This document shows positions 1-14,241 of a stretch of 64,000 bases of DNA, piece by piece. Below the pieces are notes generated by a model, which had not been told where the DNA came from, did not search any database, and worked only from the letters and a program-made list of their open reading frames with translations. This DNA comes from Mytilus edulis (taxonomy: Eukaryota): NCBI RefSeq assembly GCF_963676685.1, contig NC_092346.1, positions 35,464,001-35,528,000 on the forward strand, in the 5' to 3' direction. Made by a program: the position numbers and the translations under genes. Positions within the stretch are counted from its first letter, which is position 1, and each line of letters starts with the position of its first letter.

Positions 1-486
1 TGCAGCAATAAATGTTTTAAAAAAGCTTATGTTTGCAAAAATAATTTTAAGAACTGAAATGTAAAATTAAATGATTAAATGTCATATTAAAATAAATACA
101 TATCATAAATGTGAAGCAATCATTTAATATATTATTTGCATGTGTTACATTTCAAAGCTATCACCCTGTGTTCACAAATTCAGTTTTAAGAATATATGTA
201 AAATCAATAGATTCAATGGCATAAGTCATGTAAGTTAATAAACATATATCTTTAGCAATAATCTTATACATGTAACCTATATATCACTTCCATTAAAAAG
301 CGAAGTGTGTGAGGCATCTATATATGTCAGTGTTTGAATGGTAGTGCTAAGCATTTATTGTTGTAATAAGGACATTTATTTAAAACAAAAACAGTTTTAA
401 AATATATATTAAATTTATACATTCAATGGCATATATATCAAAACATATATCTATAGCAATCAATTTAGACATGTAACATATTATAT

Positions 487-1160
487 ATTATCACATATTT
501 GTTACGAATACGTTGGGTTTTGCATATGCAATAACCTCAAAATTGCCCGGGGCAAAAAAGACGATATTCATATTGCGCCCTGATTCCAAATGACGTCACG
601 TCAATGCGTACTTAACGACACTTTTGTGATACAAAATTTAAAATTTTACCTGTTATGTTTCATTAAATTGTAATAATTGAACTTTGTGTCTCTATTCTGC
701 AGAACTTAGATATGTGATAAATAGATTATAACATGTCTTTTCCATATTGGCCCTGGTATCATCCCTCGACCCATATCGGCCCTCGGCTAAAGCCTCGAGG
801 CCGATATGGGAGTCTCGGGATGATACCAGGGCCAATATGGAAAAGGCCATGTTATAATCTATACTTATTGTATAGCAATATAATATTTCCCACAGAAAGT
901 AACCAAAAGTTAGCGTGCAATAAATTCTAATATTGAACTAGTGCAATAAATCTTCAAAATTCATGACGTCATCAACGAAAAAATCTTAGTTTAAACCAAT
1001 GTTTACTTTTAAATATTATATTGCTATACAATAAAAGGGTTATTGCATGAATATTGGGGAATATTGTCCCTCGTAGAACATATATTGCACTCGCAAGCTC
1101 GTGCAATATAAAATTCTACTCGGGACAATATTCCTCAATATTCATGCAATAACCCTATAT
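487..1160. repeat. Two adjacent hairpin-ended elements (palindromes 721-862 and 1036-1156) inserted into a ~210-bp local tandem duplication
   Basis: Near-perfect 60-70-bp stems with loops GCTAAAGC and GCAAGC. The flanking duplicated unit at 291-383 recurs at 1183-1274. Confidence 0.75.
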
Positions 1161-1507
1161 TACGAAACTAAATATAACCATAATTAAAAAGCGAAGTGTG
1201 TGAGGCATCCATAAATGTCAGTGTTTGAATGGTAGTGCTAAGCATTTGTAGTTGTAATAAGGACATTTATTTAATAGTGTGTATGTGATAAGTTATAAAG
1301 GGTCAAAGGTACACCAATTTTATTTGTTTGATTTTTTTTTTAAATAATCTAGGATAGAGCTAAAAACTTTGTGTCTAAATCAATTTTCTTCCAACTGCTC
1401 ATTATAATCTAAAATGTACCAAAACAATCTAAATATATAAAAAAAAATGTCCTCATTTGTTGTGCATGCCAGCTTCCATAAAACATCTACATGAATATGA
1501 ATGATAC

Positions 1508-4500
1508 CTCCTTGGTTTAGGGATTTTAGAATACCTTCTGGATTTCTGTGGGGAGATGGGCGAGGGTAATGACTTCCATGTTGACGATGCAGCTGGGTTA
1601 CCAATGTTAGATCTAAATAATGATGACCCTACAGAACTTGTTAATTCTCCATTCACCCAGTCTGGTACTTTGTCCTAGACAAAAGATAATATCATAACTA
1701 TATCAGAAAGTTCTGTTTTAAAAATGTATATTGCATAAATCAAAATAATGCAGGTGAAAATTAGCTTAATCTTAGAATAGCTATTTCCCCAAGAAATACA
1801 AAATATTCATTTCAATGCCTTTAAAAGGCTTAAGAAAGACAAATAGCAGAACAAATTGGTTCGCATATATCTTGTTTTGTTGTAAATTGAGTTGTCATTG
1901 AAAATAACCCACACATTTGTGTTTTCATTCAAAGTTAAATGTGTGGAAACCCATTGGTGGACTTCTGCTATTTTCTGCTCTGTGCTTGGATTGTTGTCTC
2001 TTTGAAACATTCCCTTTTTTGATTCTCAATCTTATTTCATGTAGCTTGCTGTTCAGTGACAACCATGGCTCCCTATTGAAACAGCACTTTGACCTGTAAT
2101 TGTTTTTATTTTAACACATTGTGACTTGGAAGGAGAGTTGTCTCATTGGCACTCATACCACATCTTATTTCTATGACCATATTCTTGGACAGTATCCTAT
2201 TTATTCTAAATATTTCCTCTTCTTCGTTAAAATAAATGATGCCTGAAACCCTGCTCTAAATAGTAACACTTACATCTGTGTCAGGTGATGATGAAGGTTC
2301 ATCAAAATAGATAGACTGAAAATATACAAGTATGTCATTTAAATTATACTATTATAACAATGTCTGGAGCAAGTTCCCCGAGCAACTGTAGTATAAATGA
2401 CCTTTCTTAATAATTGTGTGATTGTTATTTTTTAAATAATTACATTACATGCATGTTTCGTTATAATGCCCTATTTTGATTGGCTAAAAGCAATCCTGCA
2501 TCATTCTGATATTAACCTTCATTTCAAAATGAAATGTAACATTCATAGTGACACTAGCTTCCACAATTAAGTGCACAGGTAAATACAGAAAAAATTGAGT
2601 AAATTTATGTATATATAATCCTAGCCAAAAAAATTTAATTGTAAGTATTGAATGCTCCTTTCAGTAATTTTATAGGATTGTTAAAGTGTTGACCGTGCAC
2701 ACATTTTCATAATAAAGGCTTTCTAACTCCATATAAAATGTATTTCGGTCAACGCTTTTACAACCCAATAAATTTACAAAAAGAAACCATTTAAATGTAT
2801 TTTCTTAATATTAAGATACCTCTTGAAAATATTTCAGCTTAACATGCATCTTTCAAATGTGAAAGTAAACTATGAAATCATTTCATGACCTTTTCATTTT
2901 TTAAGAGGGCACATAACTCAATAAGAAATGAAAAATTGTTACAAGTAATGGTCTGGGTGTATATTATGTCAAATAATTTCAAACTTTTAAAGGTTAATTT
3001 AAAGGAAATGTTCCATCATGGCTATCTGACAATTCAAAGTACTTATATATAGATTCCTACACTGCAACAAGTGTATTACGATATTTCTCCACTCAAGACA
3101 GTTAAGAAATATCGTAATACATAAGTTATAGTGTTTGAATCTGTTTCTCTGATAATTTTTATCCTTCTTTTTCAAAGATTTTCAGAAACATTTGTTCTTT
3201 ATATGCGCCGTCATCAGACATGATTGCCTTTTTTCATGATGTCACAATAGGAAAATTCAGAAGAGAACAAAACATTTTGACGTCATAATCATATTTCGAC
3301 TAATCATTTGCCGAGGAACAGATATTTCACTAGTGAGGAGAACTATTTTTCTCACAACGATCAAGAAATGTGAAAATAGCACAAAAGTTAGAGAAATAAA
3401 TATCTACCATATATGGAGGTAAAGTTGGTAATTCCCCATCTTGTGGTTTACTGGTAAACGGTCCTTCCAGTACTCCCCGCTTCAACATGTGTAACATTAA
3501 CTGTGCATAAGCATTTCTGTTCTTTCTACAAAATAAAAGACACAAAAATATATTACTCCATGTTCTCATTCTTTTAACTTCAGGACAAGTAACATAATAA
3601 ATATTTAGTTCTGTCAATTCTAGAAATGTGGTAAATTATGTATGAGCAATATTTCATACTAAGCTGCACATACCAAAATCAAATCTCAACCCATGTCTAT
3701 TTCTTCAAATAGAAAATAGAGATTCAAAGAGCCTATATTACCTTTTTCATTTCATAACTTGAAGAAGATATGACCTGATGACATAATTTTTAATTTTGGT
3801 TCCAAAAGTTAAATTAATGCAGAACTTCCCCCAAAAATACATCCATACCAGTAAAAGTGTCAAATTATTGTCAAAATGCGTATTTAAATCTATCTATCAA
3901 CCGGAGCAATATTTAAATTCCCATCTCCCTGCATTGAAGACCCATTGGTGGCCTTCGGTTGTTTTCTACTTTATGGTCGGGTAGTTGTCTCTTTGACACA
4001 TTCCCCATTTTCATTCTCATTTTAATCTGTTTTGTAAAATTGACTTTTTTGTGATGTTCCACCCAAAAAGACTTCACAGCAATGTCTGACTAATATTAAA
4101 CCAGTATTTTACTATTTTGCATTTTGCCCTGTCCCAAGTCAGGAGCCTCTGGCCATTTTTAGTCTTGTATGCTTATTTTTAAATTTTAGTTCATTTATGT
4201 GTTTTGCAGTTAAGTATGATGTCCATTTTCACTGAACTAGCAAATTTTTGTTTAGGGGCCAACTGAAGTCTGCCTCTGGGTGCAGGATTTTCTTGCTGTG
4301 TTGGAGACCCATTGGTGGCCTCAGCTGTTTTTTTACTCTCTGGTTGGGTTGTTGTCTCTTTGACACATTCCCTGTATCCATTCTCAATTTTATTCATTGT
4401 TACAGTTTTGACTAAATGACATACCTTCCTGTAATACCTGTCACTGGTTCACAAAGCTTCTTTATCCAGATGGCACACTTCTGTCGATCTAAAAAATCAA

Positions 4501-7500
4501 AATAAATGATACAGATATCTTGTATCTATTTATGCAGGTTGTGATTTAAAATAACATATCAGTTCTTCGTTTTCTGCAAATTTTATGGTTGTCTTTTACT
4601 TATCAAAAATAAAATTTACAATGGATAGAGTTTGAATATCAATTGACAATTTTATTATGAAAAAGTGGACGGACTAAAATTTCAACAAAAAGTTGGTAGC
4701 CAATACTTCAATAAACTAATCTTTTTAAAACAATCATTAATGGTCTAATTACATGTACATTTTCCGCACTTACAATAGATGTAGAATAATCCAATAGCAA
4801 TTAAAAAAGTGTAAACATAAATAAAATATTGTTACAGTCTGGCTTACAAGAATAAAGTTGCTATGTAGAAATTGGACATCCAAAAAAAGAACTGACGAAC
4901 AAATATGAGAAGTTTAACAGCGTCATCCAAAGAATTTTCAGTTAAAAGTAATTTTAAGTATTAAAAAATCTTGCATCAAGACAATGAAACCATGACAAAT
5001 AATGTTTAGTTTGTGGTAAATAATAGAAAATTAAAAATTTACAGCAACCTGGTATCCTGATGCTAAAACTGAATGAGGAAAACACAAGGTTGGTGTTGTA
5101 AATGGGTTCAGGAATCAGGACAAATTGATTTAGGTAACAGTTTTAAATGGCAATATAAGATAATTTTGATTGAGGTTGTGGAAAACTGAGGGGACATCTA
5201 AACCATCTTGTTACAAACACAACGAAAAATGACAAATTATGGATTATCATAAAATAAGTTGATTAAGAAAGATGAGTTGTGATTTTGTGGAAAAAACTTA
5301 ACACGCTCCCATCAACCTCCTGTGATAAAACACACTTTAAACTATACTACTTGTGATTTTTCTTAAATAACAGTAATGCTTAAAGAATAAAAAAGACAGA
5401 AAGAACACAAAAATCTACACTTGTTTTGATACTGCTAAAAAAAATCTTTAAATGTTTAGACGAACAATGTGTAATTTGTAACTCATCCACATGTTATGAA
5501 TGTTTTTGTTACTTTATAATTTTTTTTAATGATTCACTGATATTTAAGGGAAATCGCTTCTCAGTTTCAAAGTAATTAACATTTCAAAACACTAGTTTAT
5601 ATAGATAGGGGATTAATAAAGGAATCCAAAGATAAAAAAAAATATATAGGTCACCGTGCTTGTTTTCGAGATATTAGCCATTGAAATTTTGGCGGGAAAA
5701 TATTCTCTCTTGACTTTTCATAGCTTTATCATTGACAAGATGAAGTTCTCAAAAACTGTTAAAAAGTAATAAAATTTTTATAAGACTTTTACAGATGGCT
5801 TATCAAAGATTTACAAAAAGAAAAATGGGGGTCACCGGGCAAAATTTTTCAAGGCATTCAAATGGATAAAACCAGAGGATTCTGAAAATCTGACAAAAAA
5901 TCTAAAACATGACAAGCCAGCTTCCTTAAACCATCATAGCTCCTTTTTTTCTAGAAATTTATACTGTGTACTCCTTTACAAATTCTAGACTATAATTCCT
6001 ACAATTCATTCAAAGTTGCCATAAAATTTCAAAAACTTATTTATTCACAATAACCAGTTGAAAACCCAAAATATTATGCCATTATACCTTCTACTAAAAA
6101 TATTTAAAGTCTTAGGAGGTACAATAATGAAATACCTATTAAATACTTCAATAATTAGATTTGAACATATCTGATGATTAGTACGGATATTTAACATGTT
6201 TAAATACTTAGTGTTGATCTGATTAAATAATCAGAGATCAATACACAAATAAATCATTTATATATTAAAGACTGATCTCCAGAAAAAATCAAATAGTTCA
6301 ATGGTTTTAACATGGCTTTATAAAGACTATGTCAACATGACAAAGTTATCATTTATATATAGTAAATCTATGGTTGATTGCTTAGTTTAAAGTCTCAGAT
6401 ATGTTGAATATTTCACCATCTTTGCCCTGGGTTATCAGATTTTGATTTTGTGCTTGACTCTTTCTACCTATGATTTGAGAACTAATAAATAGATTTTTTT
6501 AATTTGACAAGTACAGCATTAAAAATCTGTGTCAAATTTTATAAAAAGATATTATTAGTTGTTTTTTTAATTTATAATTGCAAACACCTTTAATAAAGAG
6601 TGAGTGATTATGAAATAATAAATAAATAAATACAAAAACCAAATTTTTAACCAAAGAGTAGAAATTCAAAATAAAACCAAAATAAAACAAATCAACTAAA
6701 CAATATATACGGAGCATACATTACCTGAGCGCTTTTTGTCTCCTAACCAAATATGAAATTAAATCATCTTTTGACTCTCAATTATAAAATAATAAAATCA
6801 AATATAACCAAATATATCTATACATTGACTGTTCTTAGATGAACATGCTAATCAATATAAAACGAAAAAAAATTAAAAATAGGTAAAATTAATTTTCGAA
6901 ATAAAAAAAAGGCATATACCAAAGATGTGGCCTATTTATCACCAATGATATTCCTGCTACAACTTTCTTCTGTTGACATGGTCAATACGAAAATAATGGG
7001 CCATGGATATGAATATTTTAATCATGCTCACATAAAGCTTGATACCAAATTTCATGAAGCTCCTTCCTATAATTCCGGAGAAAAAGGAGGGGGAATTCAT
7101 TAGACAGACAGGCAGATATAGCATAATGATACACCCCTCCATTTCAGTGGGGGTATACGACTATAAGTATGCCTATGCATTGTTATAGCATAATTTACTT
7201 ATAAGTGTGTACATGTATATATTTGAATTTTTATTCAGTGTTAATTTGTTAACTATATATATAAATAGTAGTATTCTAAAATAGTATATCTTTTATTCTA
7301 AAACAGAACCGGTATGTGAAATTATGTCATGAATTAGAAGTTACTTTCTTTATTAATTGAAAATTGACATCCAGTACTAGTCTATGTAGAAAATTTAACT
7401 GGAGTGTTATTTAATGCTATTAAGTTAAAGGATTTTCCAGTTTCTTAGTTTGAAACAACATGTTTCCATTAAGTGAAGATATGTTAGAAAAAAAACCTAG

Positions 7501-10500
7501 GCTAGTAGAACATAGGCTGTTGGGATAAGAAACTAAATTTTAATACAATATTTCAAATTTTATTAAGAAAGTACGCAGTAAATATAGGAAAATTAAATCA
7601 TGAGCAGGATTACCGTTAAAGGCTTCAATAATATTTAAAAAGGTATAGATAAAATACTAGTGAGGAAAAGACAATGTACAAATAACTGCTTTGTCAATTG
7701 CAATTTTTTCAAAAATGTGTTTAACGATTGTGCCTGTGTACACAAAAATTAAATGTAGTTTAAAAAGAAAAATGTTAAAAATAAATGTTACTTTCGAAAT
7801 ATCAATACCTTTTCTGTCCTCTGCAAAACCACCATTTTATAAATATTGAAAAATAAGATCTTTGCTAACACAAAAAAAAGGTTTAAAAATTTAACAAATC
7901 AAATACATTGGTTGTTGAAAACGCTTTTAAAGGAGTAGGTCCGGTAAGGACCGATTTTGGCCTCAAATTTCAGTTTCATCTTACGAAAGATTTTGATCAC
8001 TTTTTAAACACTTAAGTGTCTATTTCATATGATTCAATTTATGTGAAAGATTTTAACTTATTTTGTTATTAAAAACGGTCCGATTCAAGCTCAAATATGA
8101 AAAATCTACCAAATATGCTGACAAATGTCACTTTTCAGATGGTTTTTGTCAAAAACGAAAGTGGCCGCATCCGTGTTCATCCTCAATCTTTATATATGTT
8201 ATGTATTATCATCAAATACAACTTCCATTTCAATATTTTGGATGAACACGAATGCGGCCACTTTCGTTTTACACGGAAACCGTCTAAAATTTATGTAAAA
8301 TGCTGGAATTGTTAAGATTTCAGTAATTTAGCATGACTTAATGGTGCTAGTACCCAATATATGTGCATTGTTACAGGGCTCACGCTACCAGGCGACTTGG
8401 GCGAAGAAGTCGCTTTCTCGATCGTCACTTCGCTTTCCCCGACCCCCAAAAGCGAAAACAAGTCGCCCTGTTCTTGACGATACTCGCTTTCAGTCGCTTC
8501 CGTCATCGGACATTTTCAATTTTTACCAAGTTGATGAAACATCAATTTTTTATTGATAATTAAAGAAATTTAGACCTAAACGATTGATTATCTTAAGAAA
8601 AGAGGTTGAAGCATTGTCTTTGCAGTGTGTAGCAGGTTATTTGATAAAAATACAACGTTCATTTCCGCAAGTTCCGGTGGTTGTTACTCGAAAACGTACA
8701 TCAACTTAAATTTCGGCGGCAAAATAAGTTTGTTACTTCATTTAAACGTGATAAAAGTTGCCTCCAGTAAATGTTCAATCCATTTATTGCATTAAAAACG
8801 CCATGTTCCTTTCCAAATTACTTGTCAAACATCGTTTATTTTTGTAAATTTTCTTGCATTCGTCCCCCATTGACCGATTTCTAAACTACGGATCTGAACC
8901 GGACCAGCTGTGACCGAAATCCGTACTTTTTCAATAATTACTACGGACGCACGGATGGAACAGCTGACAGAAGAATATTGATCCCTAAGGGAAAAATTAC
9001 GTATTCCACACGCATTAAGAGACTTTTGGTTACATCTCATTGATTGGTGTATATAATTCCCTATATTTTTTATGGATTGTTTCAAAGTTGCTTAACTCTG
9101 AGACTATTAACTATATTATGGCCCAGCTTAATAACTTTTATATTTTTTTTATGAAAAACACTGAATTTCATACACAAGATAGATTTGAATTAAATTGTAA
9201 CTGATATACATGATATATAAATATTTAGATTGTAGTTTCTCAAAACCTTAGTTAAACTTAAATAACTTTTAATTTGAAATGTTACTTTAATTGTATACTC
9301 AGATATGAATTGAATAATATAAAAAGAACATTATTTACATATGACCGTTTATACTATAGTAAAATCCAAACATTGTAGCGCACCGCACGAATGAGCACTT
9401 CTCTTTCAAATCTCACCACTTCTCCCTATCATTTTCAAAAAGAGAAGTCACTTCTCCCTATAATTCTGAAGTAGTGTGAGCCCTGTTGTATTGTCAAAAA
9501 CAGCCCATATTTATGTAGCAGAACCATTCTACTGTCCAATAAATGACTAAAAGTTTACATTTTAACAATTTTGTAAAACCGCCATATTTTGGGGCCAAAA
9601 AGGGGTCTTACTGGACCTACTCCTTTCAAGTAAAAATTACTGAAATTAACAGGAATGTAATACCAAAAATATTTCAAATTTCAAAACTTTTTACAATAAG
9701 ATAGATCTAATATAATTTTATTTAAGTACATAATACCATAATACTAGTTTGATTTTATTTGTACACAATCTTTTCCAGACCAGCTAAAAAGGACTATGAG
9801 GAAGACATTTATTTTTGAAACATATGGATTGATTTACCATCTCTAGTTGACTGGTCTGCTCAATATAAAAGTGGAAATTACACACCATGTGACATGTACA
9901 TATATATACATGGACACTGCAGTGATTGTATACATAATAGAATTTAAACCTAAGAAATCTAAAGTGAATAATAAGAGACAACAGAGGTTGACAGATGTTC
10001 AAAACTCGTAAACATATTTTGAATATACAAACATGTGTGCACCACTCTCAATTGAATGAATCACCCAGCTAAAAGGGATAGTGAATTGGACATAATCATG
10101 ACAATCTAGGTAAATTGACATATCATATGACTTTTAAGACTGTGAAAATTAGCTTTTAATATTTGTGACCTGAGATATGAACAGACAAACTTTTTATTTT
10201 CCAACAGTTTGTAATGTTGAAGGCATATACATTAACACTAACAGCCAGAGGATAAACTTGATTGAACGTCACAGGAGTTGGGCTCCATTATCTTCATCGT
10301 AAAAATAATGAGATCCAAACAAAATGTAGTGTACATGTATATGCCCTTATTGCACATAATCATTAAAACAAATATTACATACGCAAATGCAGTAAATACA
10401 TTAGTTCTACAAATCATGTCTATCTAACAAGTCATAGCAAAAGAAAAATACTTTAAACAGTTTATAATCATGATAATTATAAAAGCAATGCAAATAAGAA

Positions 10501-10659
10501 ATAAATTTTTGCCAAAACATTGTTTAATAACGTTTTAAAATCTACATTAATATTACCTGTTTTGTGTGGTAGCTTCAATACATATGGCTTCATATCTGCC
10601 AAAACTTTGTCAAACTTCTGGTCCAAAGACACATACACAGGATCTTCAGAAAATGCCAT
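1508..10659 (-). CDS. CEP112: Centrosomal protein of 112 kDa, N-terminal part (DUF4485 region). Coding exons 10659-10557, 4488-4425, 3525-3408, 2315-2274, 1674-~1535 or ~1508; gene presumably continues left of the window
   Basis: GT-AG spliced, phase-consistent translation MAFSEDPVYVSLDQKFDKVLADMKPYVLKLPHKT/DRQKCAIWIKKLCEPVTGITG/RKNRNAYAQLMLHMLKRGVLEGPFTSKPQDGELPTLPPYM/SIYFDEPSSSPDTD/DKVPDWVNGEL closely matches the vertebrate CEP112 N-terminus as I recall it (DMKPFVLKLPHRTERQRCALWIRKLCEP...RKNRNLYAKLLLHMLKRG..EGPF...SIYFDEP). An acceptor at 10677-10676 implies an upstream non-coding exon. The donor of the last visible exon is ambiguous. Confidence 0.92.
5548..5925. mobile_element. Degenerate MITE flanked by TTAA (Kolobok/piggyBac-type target)
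   Basis: TTAA-GGGAAATCGCTTCTCAGTTT ... AAACATGACAAGCCAGCTTCC-TTAA form imperfect TIRs. Confidence 0.5.
7931..9624. mobile_element. MITE with AGGAGTAGGTCC termini at a TTAA-like site (Kolobok-like), interrupted by a CAGGG element
   Basis: TIR of about 35 bp (AGGAGTAGGTCC.GTAAG..CC..TTTTGGCC.CAAA). An uninterrupted related copy lies inverted at ~27276-27826. Confidence 0.75.
8374..9485. mobile_element. Nested non-autonomous DNA element, TIR CAGGGCTCAC(G/A)CTAC, approximate TSD TTGTA
   Basis: The inverted termini are visible. The empty site GTGCATTGTATTGTC is seen in the sister copy near 27410. Confidence 0.75.
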
Positions 10660-10953
10660 TTTTAACCAAGCTAACCTATTAAAAAGAAAATAATGTTTTA
10701 AATCCCACATGGATTATTTTGAAATCATGCATAGTTTAAAATACACCTGATTATGGTATCTTAAGATAGTAATATAATAATATGGGGACGAAGTCCCGAA
10801 TTACGGTAGAAAAATCAATAAAAAAAAATAAAAAATTTCTACTAATGAAGTCAAAATCGTTAACTTTTTTTTTCAGTTCTACTTCCTGTTCCGGTCTTGT
10901 TTGCATGAGACTTTGAATAAAATGTATATTTATCAACATATCAACAAATAGAG

Positions 10954-11150
10954 CAGTGTTCTGCCCAGGGCCTTTTAGCATCATGGGTATGTGATGCTAT
11001 AATCTTAAATGTGATGCTATCTGAAATGGTTCTCTTATAGGTAGTGTTATGGATGTGATGCTATAATTTTCAGATACATAATTGTATTTCAACATGTTCA
11101 ATTTCCCCTGTAACCCAGGATGCTAAATGAAATATCTGGGGAGAGCACTG
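10954..11150. mobile_element. Short MITE, TIR CAGTG(T/C)TCT, about 5-bp TSD
   Basis: CAGTGTTCTGCCCAG ... CTGGGGAGAGCACTG, with flanks TAGAG and TATAG. Confidence 0.6.
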
Positions 11151-11569
11151 TATAGCCTAAAGGAAGGAATTCAACACCCAATAATTTTAAATAATTGTTT
11201 GATATGAAAAAAATGTTACCTGATAACAACATTCTTTGTTTACATTGAATATGACGTCATAACTTAAACCCCTGACAACAGAACCAGTATCGGAAATGTT
11301 ACGGTATTTCAGTTTCTTTTATCAACATGCTCGATTTTTTTTTTAAAAGTACAGACTTCATCCCCATTCACCATGTTCACAGGTCATGCCTGCCTCATAT
11401 CAACTATTATATGAGTAAAGATGTATATTTGGTGTGAGCAAAGGCTCTGTGTTGAAGACCGTACTTTGACCTATAATGCATTATGGATAACTTTTACAAA
11501 TTGTGACTTGGAGTTATATGGAATGTTGACTCATTGGTCCTCATTCCACATCTTCTTATATTTATGTAT

Positions 11570-14241
11570 ATCATTATCTATCGAACTATCAGTAACCAAG
11601 CAGAAAGTGACCTACTACAGAAAGATCTCACATCATTAGAGGATTGGGAAGATAAGTGGCAAATGAGCTTCAATGCAAGGCCAAAATAAAAAGATTGTAT
11701 GTTTGCCCAAACGCGACCGACCCAAAATAAACCCGCCGACTCAAATTCTTTTTTTGACGTTTTTTAGAAGAATTTTTTTTTTTTGCGGATTCTTTTCATG
11801 TCCGCTCCGTCATTGTATAAAACTTAATGTTGGTCGTCTTTGCGTTTGAAAGTAACTGTGAATATGATTAAAAGAAAGCGCATAAGAGACGCAGTTAATC
11901 GATCTTCGATGTTCTCTGTTTTTATCTTCTGATTTAACGAACGTAAAGAAGTGAAACATGTGAAGTGGCACAGTTTTTTTACGCTGTTGTTGTCTGTACA
12001 TGTACTAACAAACCCTTACCTATATGCTCAATGTTAATTTCATCGTGTAATCGAATATCTGATAAGAATATTCAGGTAGATTTGTTCAAAACCATGTGCA
12101 ATCGAATATTTTCAATGTTACTCTGACAGGAAATGGATCCGGAAGTTGCGAATTTACAATCTTGCAAAAAGATTTTGTTTTTACTGAATAAAAAGGAATT
12201 ACTTCTTGAAAAATTGTTGTCTTAAATTATAATCTTCCGTTATCATGTGAATTAGATGCCCTTTTATTCAAATAGTTCAAATTTACAAGTCTCAGTTGAC
12301 AGTTGGTTTTTGGTGGGGTTCGTGTTGTTTATTCTTTAGTTTTCTATGTTGTGTCATGTGTACTATTGTTTTTCTGTTTGTCTTTTTCATTTTTAGCCAT
12401 GGCGTTGTCAGTTTGTTTTAGATTTATGAGTTTGACTGCCCCTTTGGTATCTGTCGTCCCTCTTTTTTTGACAAGATACGTTGCTGTTTGGGAGAATTTG
12501 ATTAAACTATAATTGCTCACAGAATCAGAAATATAATCTTAACTGAATGTAACTCTTTCTGAATAATTTAGTGCAATGTAAATCCCCTTTGACAAGAAAA
12601 ATCTGGCTTTTGTCAGAAATATTTTTTTCACATGTGCAAAAGTTACAAACACATGTTATGGTTGGATTTTTATACAAATTTGTGAGGAAGCCTCTAGAAC
12701 CATGACCTAAAAATAAATAGTCTCCAGAAAACGTTAACTTTATGCAATTATATTTTATCAATAATGATTATTTAAAAAAAAAAAAACTTGATTATTTAAA
12801 GAAATAAAATTATAACAAATACGTTTTTGGTTTGGAGATTCTACAGAACATGTTTTGATCTATTTATGGCCAAATTAGTTTACCTGTGTGATAATGTAAA
12901 AATATAAATTTGTTGTCAAAACATAAAAAGACAGAAACTATGGATGGTAGATAATAGTTCATATAAAATATTTTAGGACATTTAATCTATTTTAAAAGAT
13001 ATAGGATTTAAAAACTGCAAACAAATTAAATCATTACATAGTCAGCTGATATTTTTTTTTACACAAACATCTTGTTGATGTAACTGTTGAAAATCACTTC
13101 ATAAATCCACCAGCCCTTTCACACATTTAGCAATTGTCAGGGTTATAAACATCTCAGGATACAAATCATATAGTAGACTAATTTATTTATAGAGGTTTTA
13201 AATTCATGGCTTTTGGTTGACTCTACAAAGGTTTAACGGGAAAAAAAGATGTACTGTTTTAAGATCTTTTAATATTTTCATGCAAATTCTGAAAAAAAAA
13301 AGAATTTGCCTACCTACCTACCCACACCCAGTCATCTTGGGTCGGGTTTGGGCAAACTGAAATATTTTTAATTGTGGCCCAAAAAACTGCATTGTAATTA
13401 GAATACAACCCAAGAACCGTCCTGTAATACCAACTAATTACAAATTACACGGACACACACTGGACACCGTTGAAGCTAGTAAATACCTGGGAGTTACTAT
13501 CAGCAATAATCTAACCTGGGACAGACACATCGACAACATAGAAGGAAAAGGAAACAAAACATTAGGTTTCATACGACGTAACCTTAAAGATTGCACTAAA
13601 CCGGTCAAAGCAGCAGCATATTCAACAATAGTAAGACCTTCAATTGAGTATGCTAGCACAGTAATGGGACCCTACGAAACAGGCTAAAATAAAAGCAATA
13701 GAGCAGGTACAGAAAAGAGCAGCTAGATTTGTCAACAACAACTACACAGACCGCACACCTGGCTGTGTAACAAAAATAGTAACATCTTTAAAATGGGAAA
13801 GCCTTGAAGACCGCAGGAAACAAAATAGGCTATGCATGCTATTCAAAATCCAACATGATCTGATAGACATAGATAGGCACCAATATCTAACGCCAAACGA
13901 TAGCCGGACCAGAGGTAAAACCCGCTTCTTCCAAGAAAGGGCCACAACAGACGCCTTCGGACAATCATTTTTTCCAAGGACCATTAGAGACTGGAACCAA
14001 CTGCCAACATCCGCAACATCAGCTGACACAGTTGATGGATTCAGAGCTGCCCTGAAGGCATGCTCTGCTAAAATTTAGACAGTAACATCCTGTACATAGT
14101 TTTAATTGTATATATATAGAGAACGTTTTATCCTGTAAATAGCCAAGAGAAAACTTTCTGTGTTGTCCGACATTGCGTTAGTTTTCGCGGGACCTCATAC
14201 ATTCAAGATTTGAATTCGGTTCCTTACCTTGAAGAAGAAGA
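11570..14241 (+). mobile_element. 5'-truncated non-LTR retrotransposon (CR1/L2-like) RT C-terminus with 3' UTR and (GAA)n tail, split by a DNA element at 11679-13379
   Basis: IIYRTISNQAESDLLQKDLTSLEDWEDKWQMSFNA|KNCIVIRI..., then KYLGVTISNNLTWDRHI, IEYASTV, QKRAARFV and SFFPRTIRDWNQLP. There is a frameshift near 13665 and a GAAGAAGAAG tail at 14231-14240. Confidence 0.85.
11679..13379. mobile_element. Non-autonomous DNA transposon (Harbinger-like GGCC ends, 3-bp TSD CAA) containing a further short repeat at ~12303-12470
   Basis: TIRs GGCCAAAATAAAAAGATTGTATGTTTGCCCAAACGCGACC and rc GGCCACAATTAAAAATATTTCAGTTTGCCCAAACCCGACC. CAA occurs at 11676-11678 and 13380-13382. Removing the element restores the LINE reading frame. 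Confidence 0.8.

Noticed and set aside
8063-8563. Similar short ORFs at ~8097 and ~27488 suggesting a duplicated gene
   Set aside because: Both lie inside copies of the same non-coding MITE.
13438-14029. Minus-strand ORFs 13438-13659 and 13742-14029
   Set aside because: They are antisense to the LINE reverse-transcriptase remnant.
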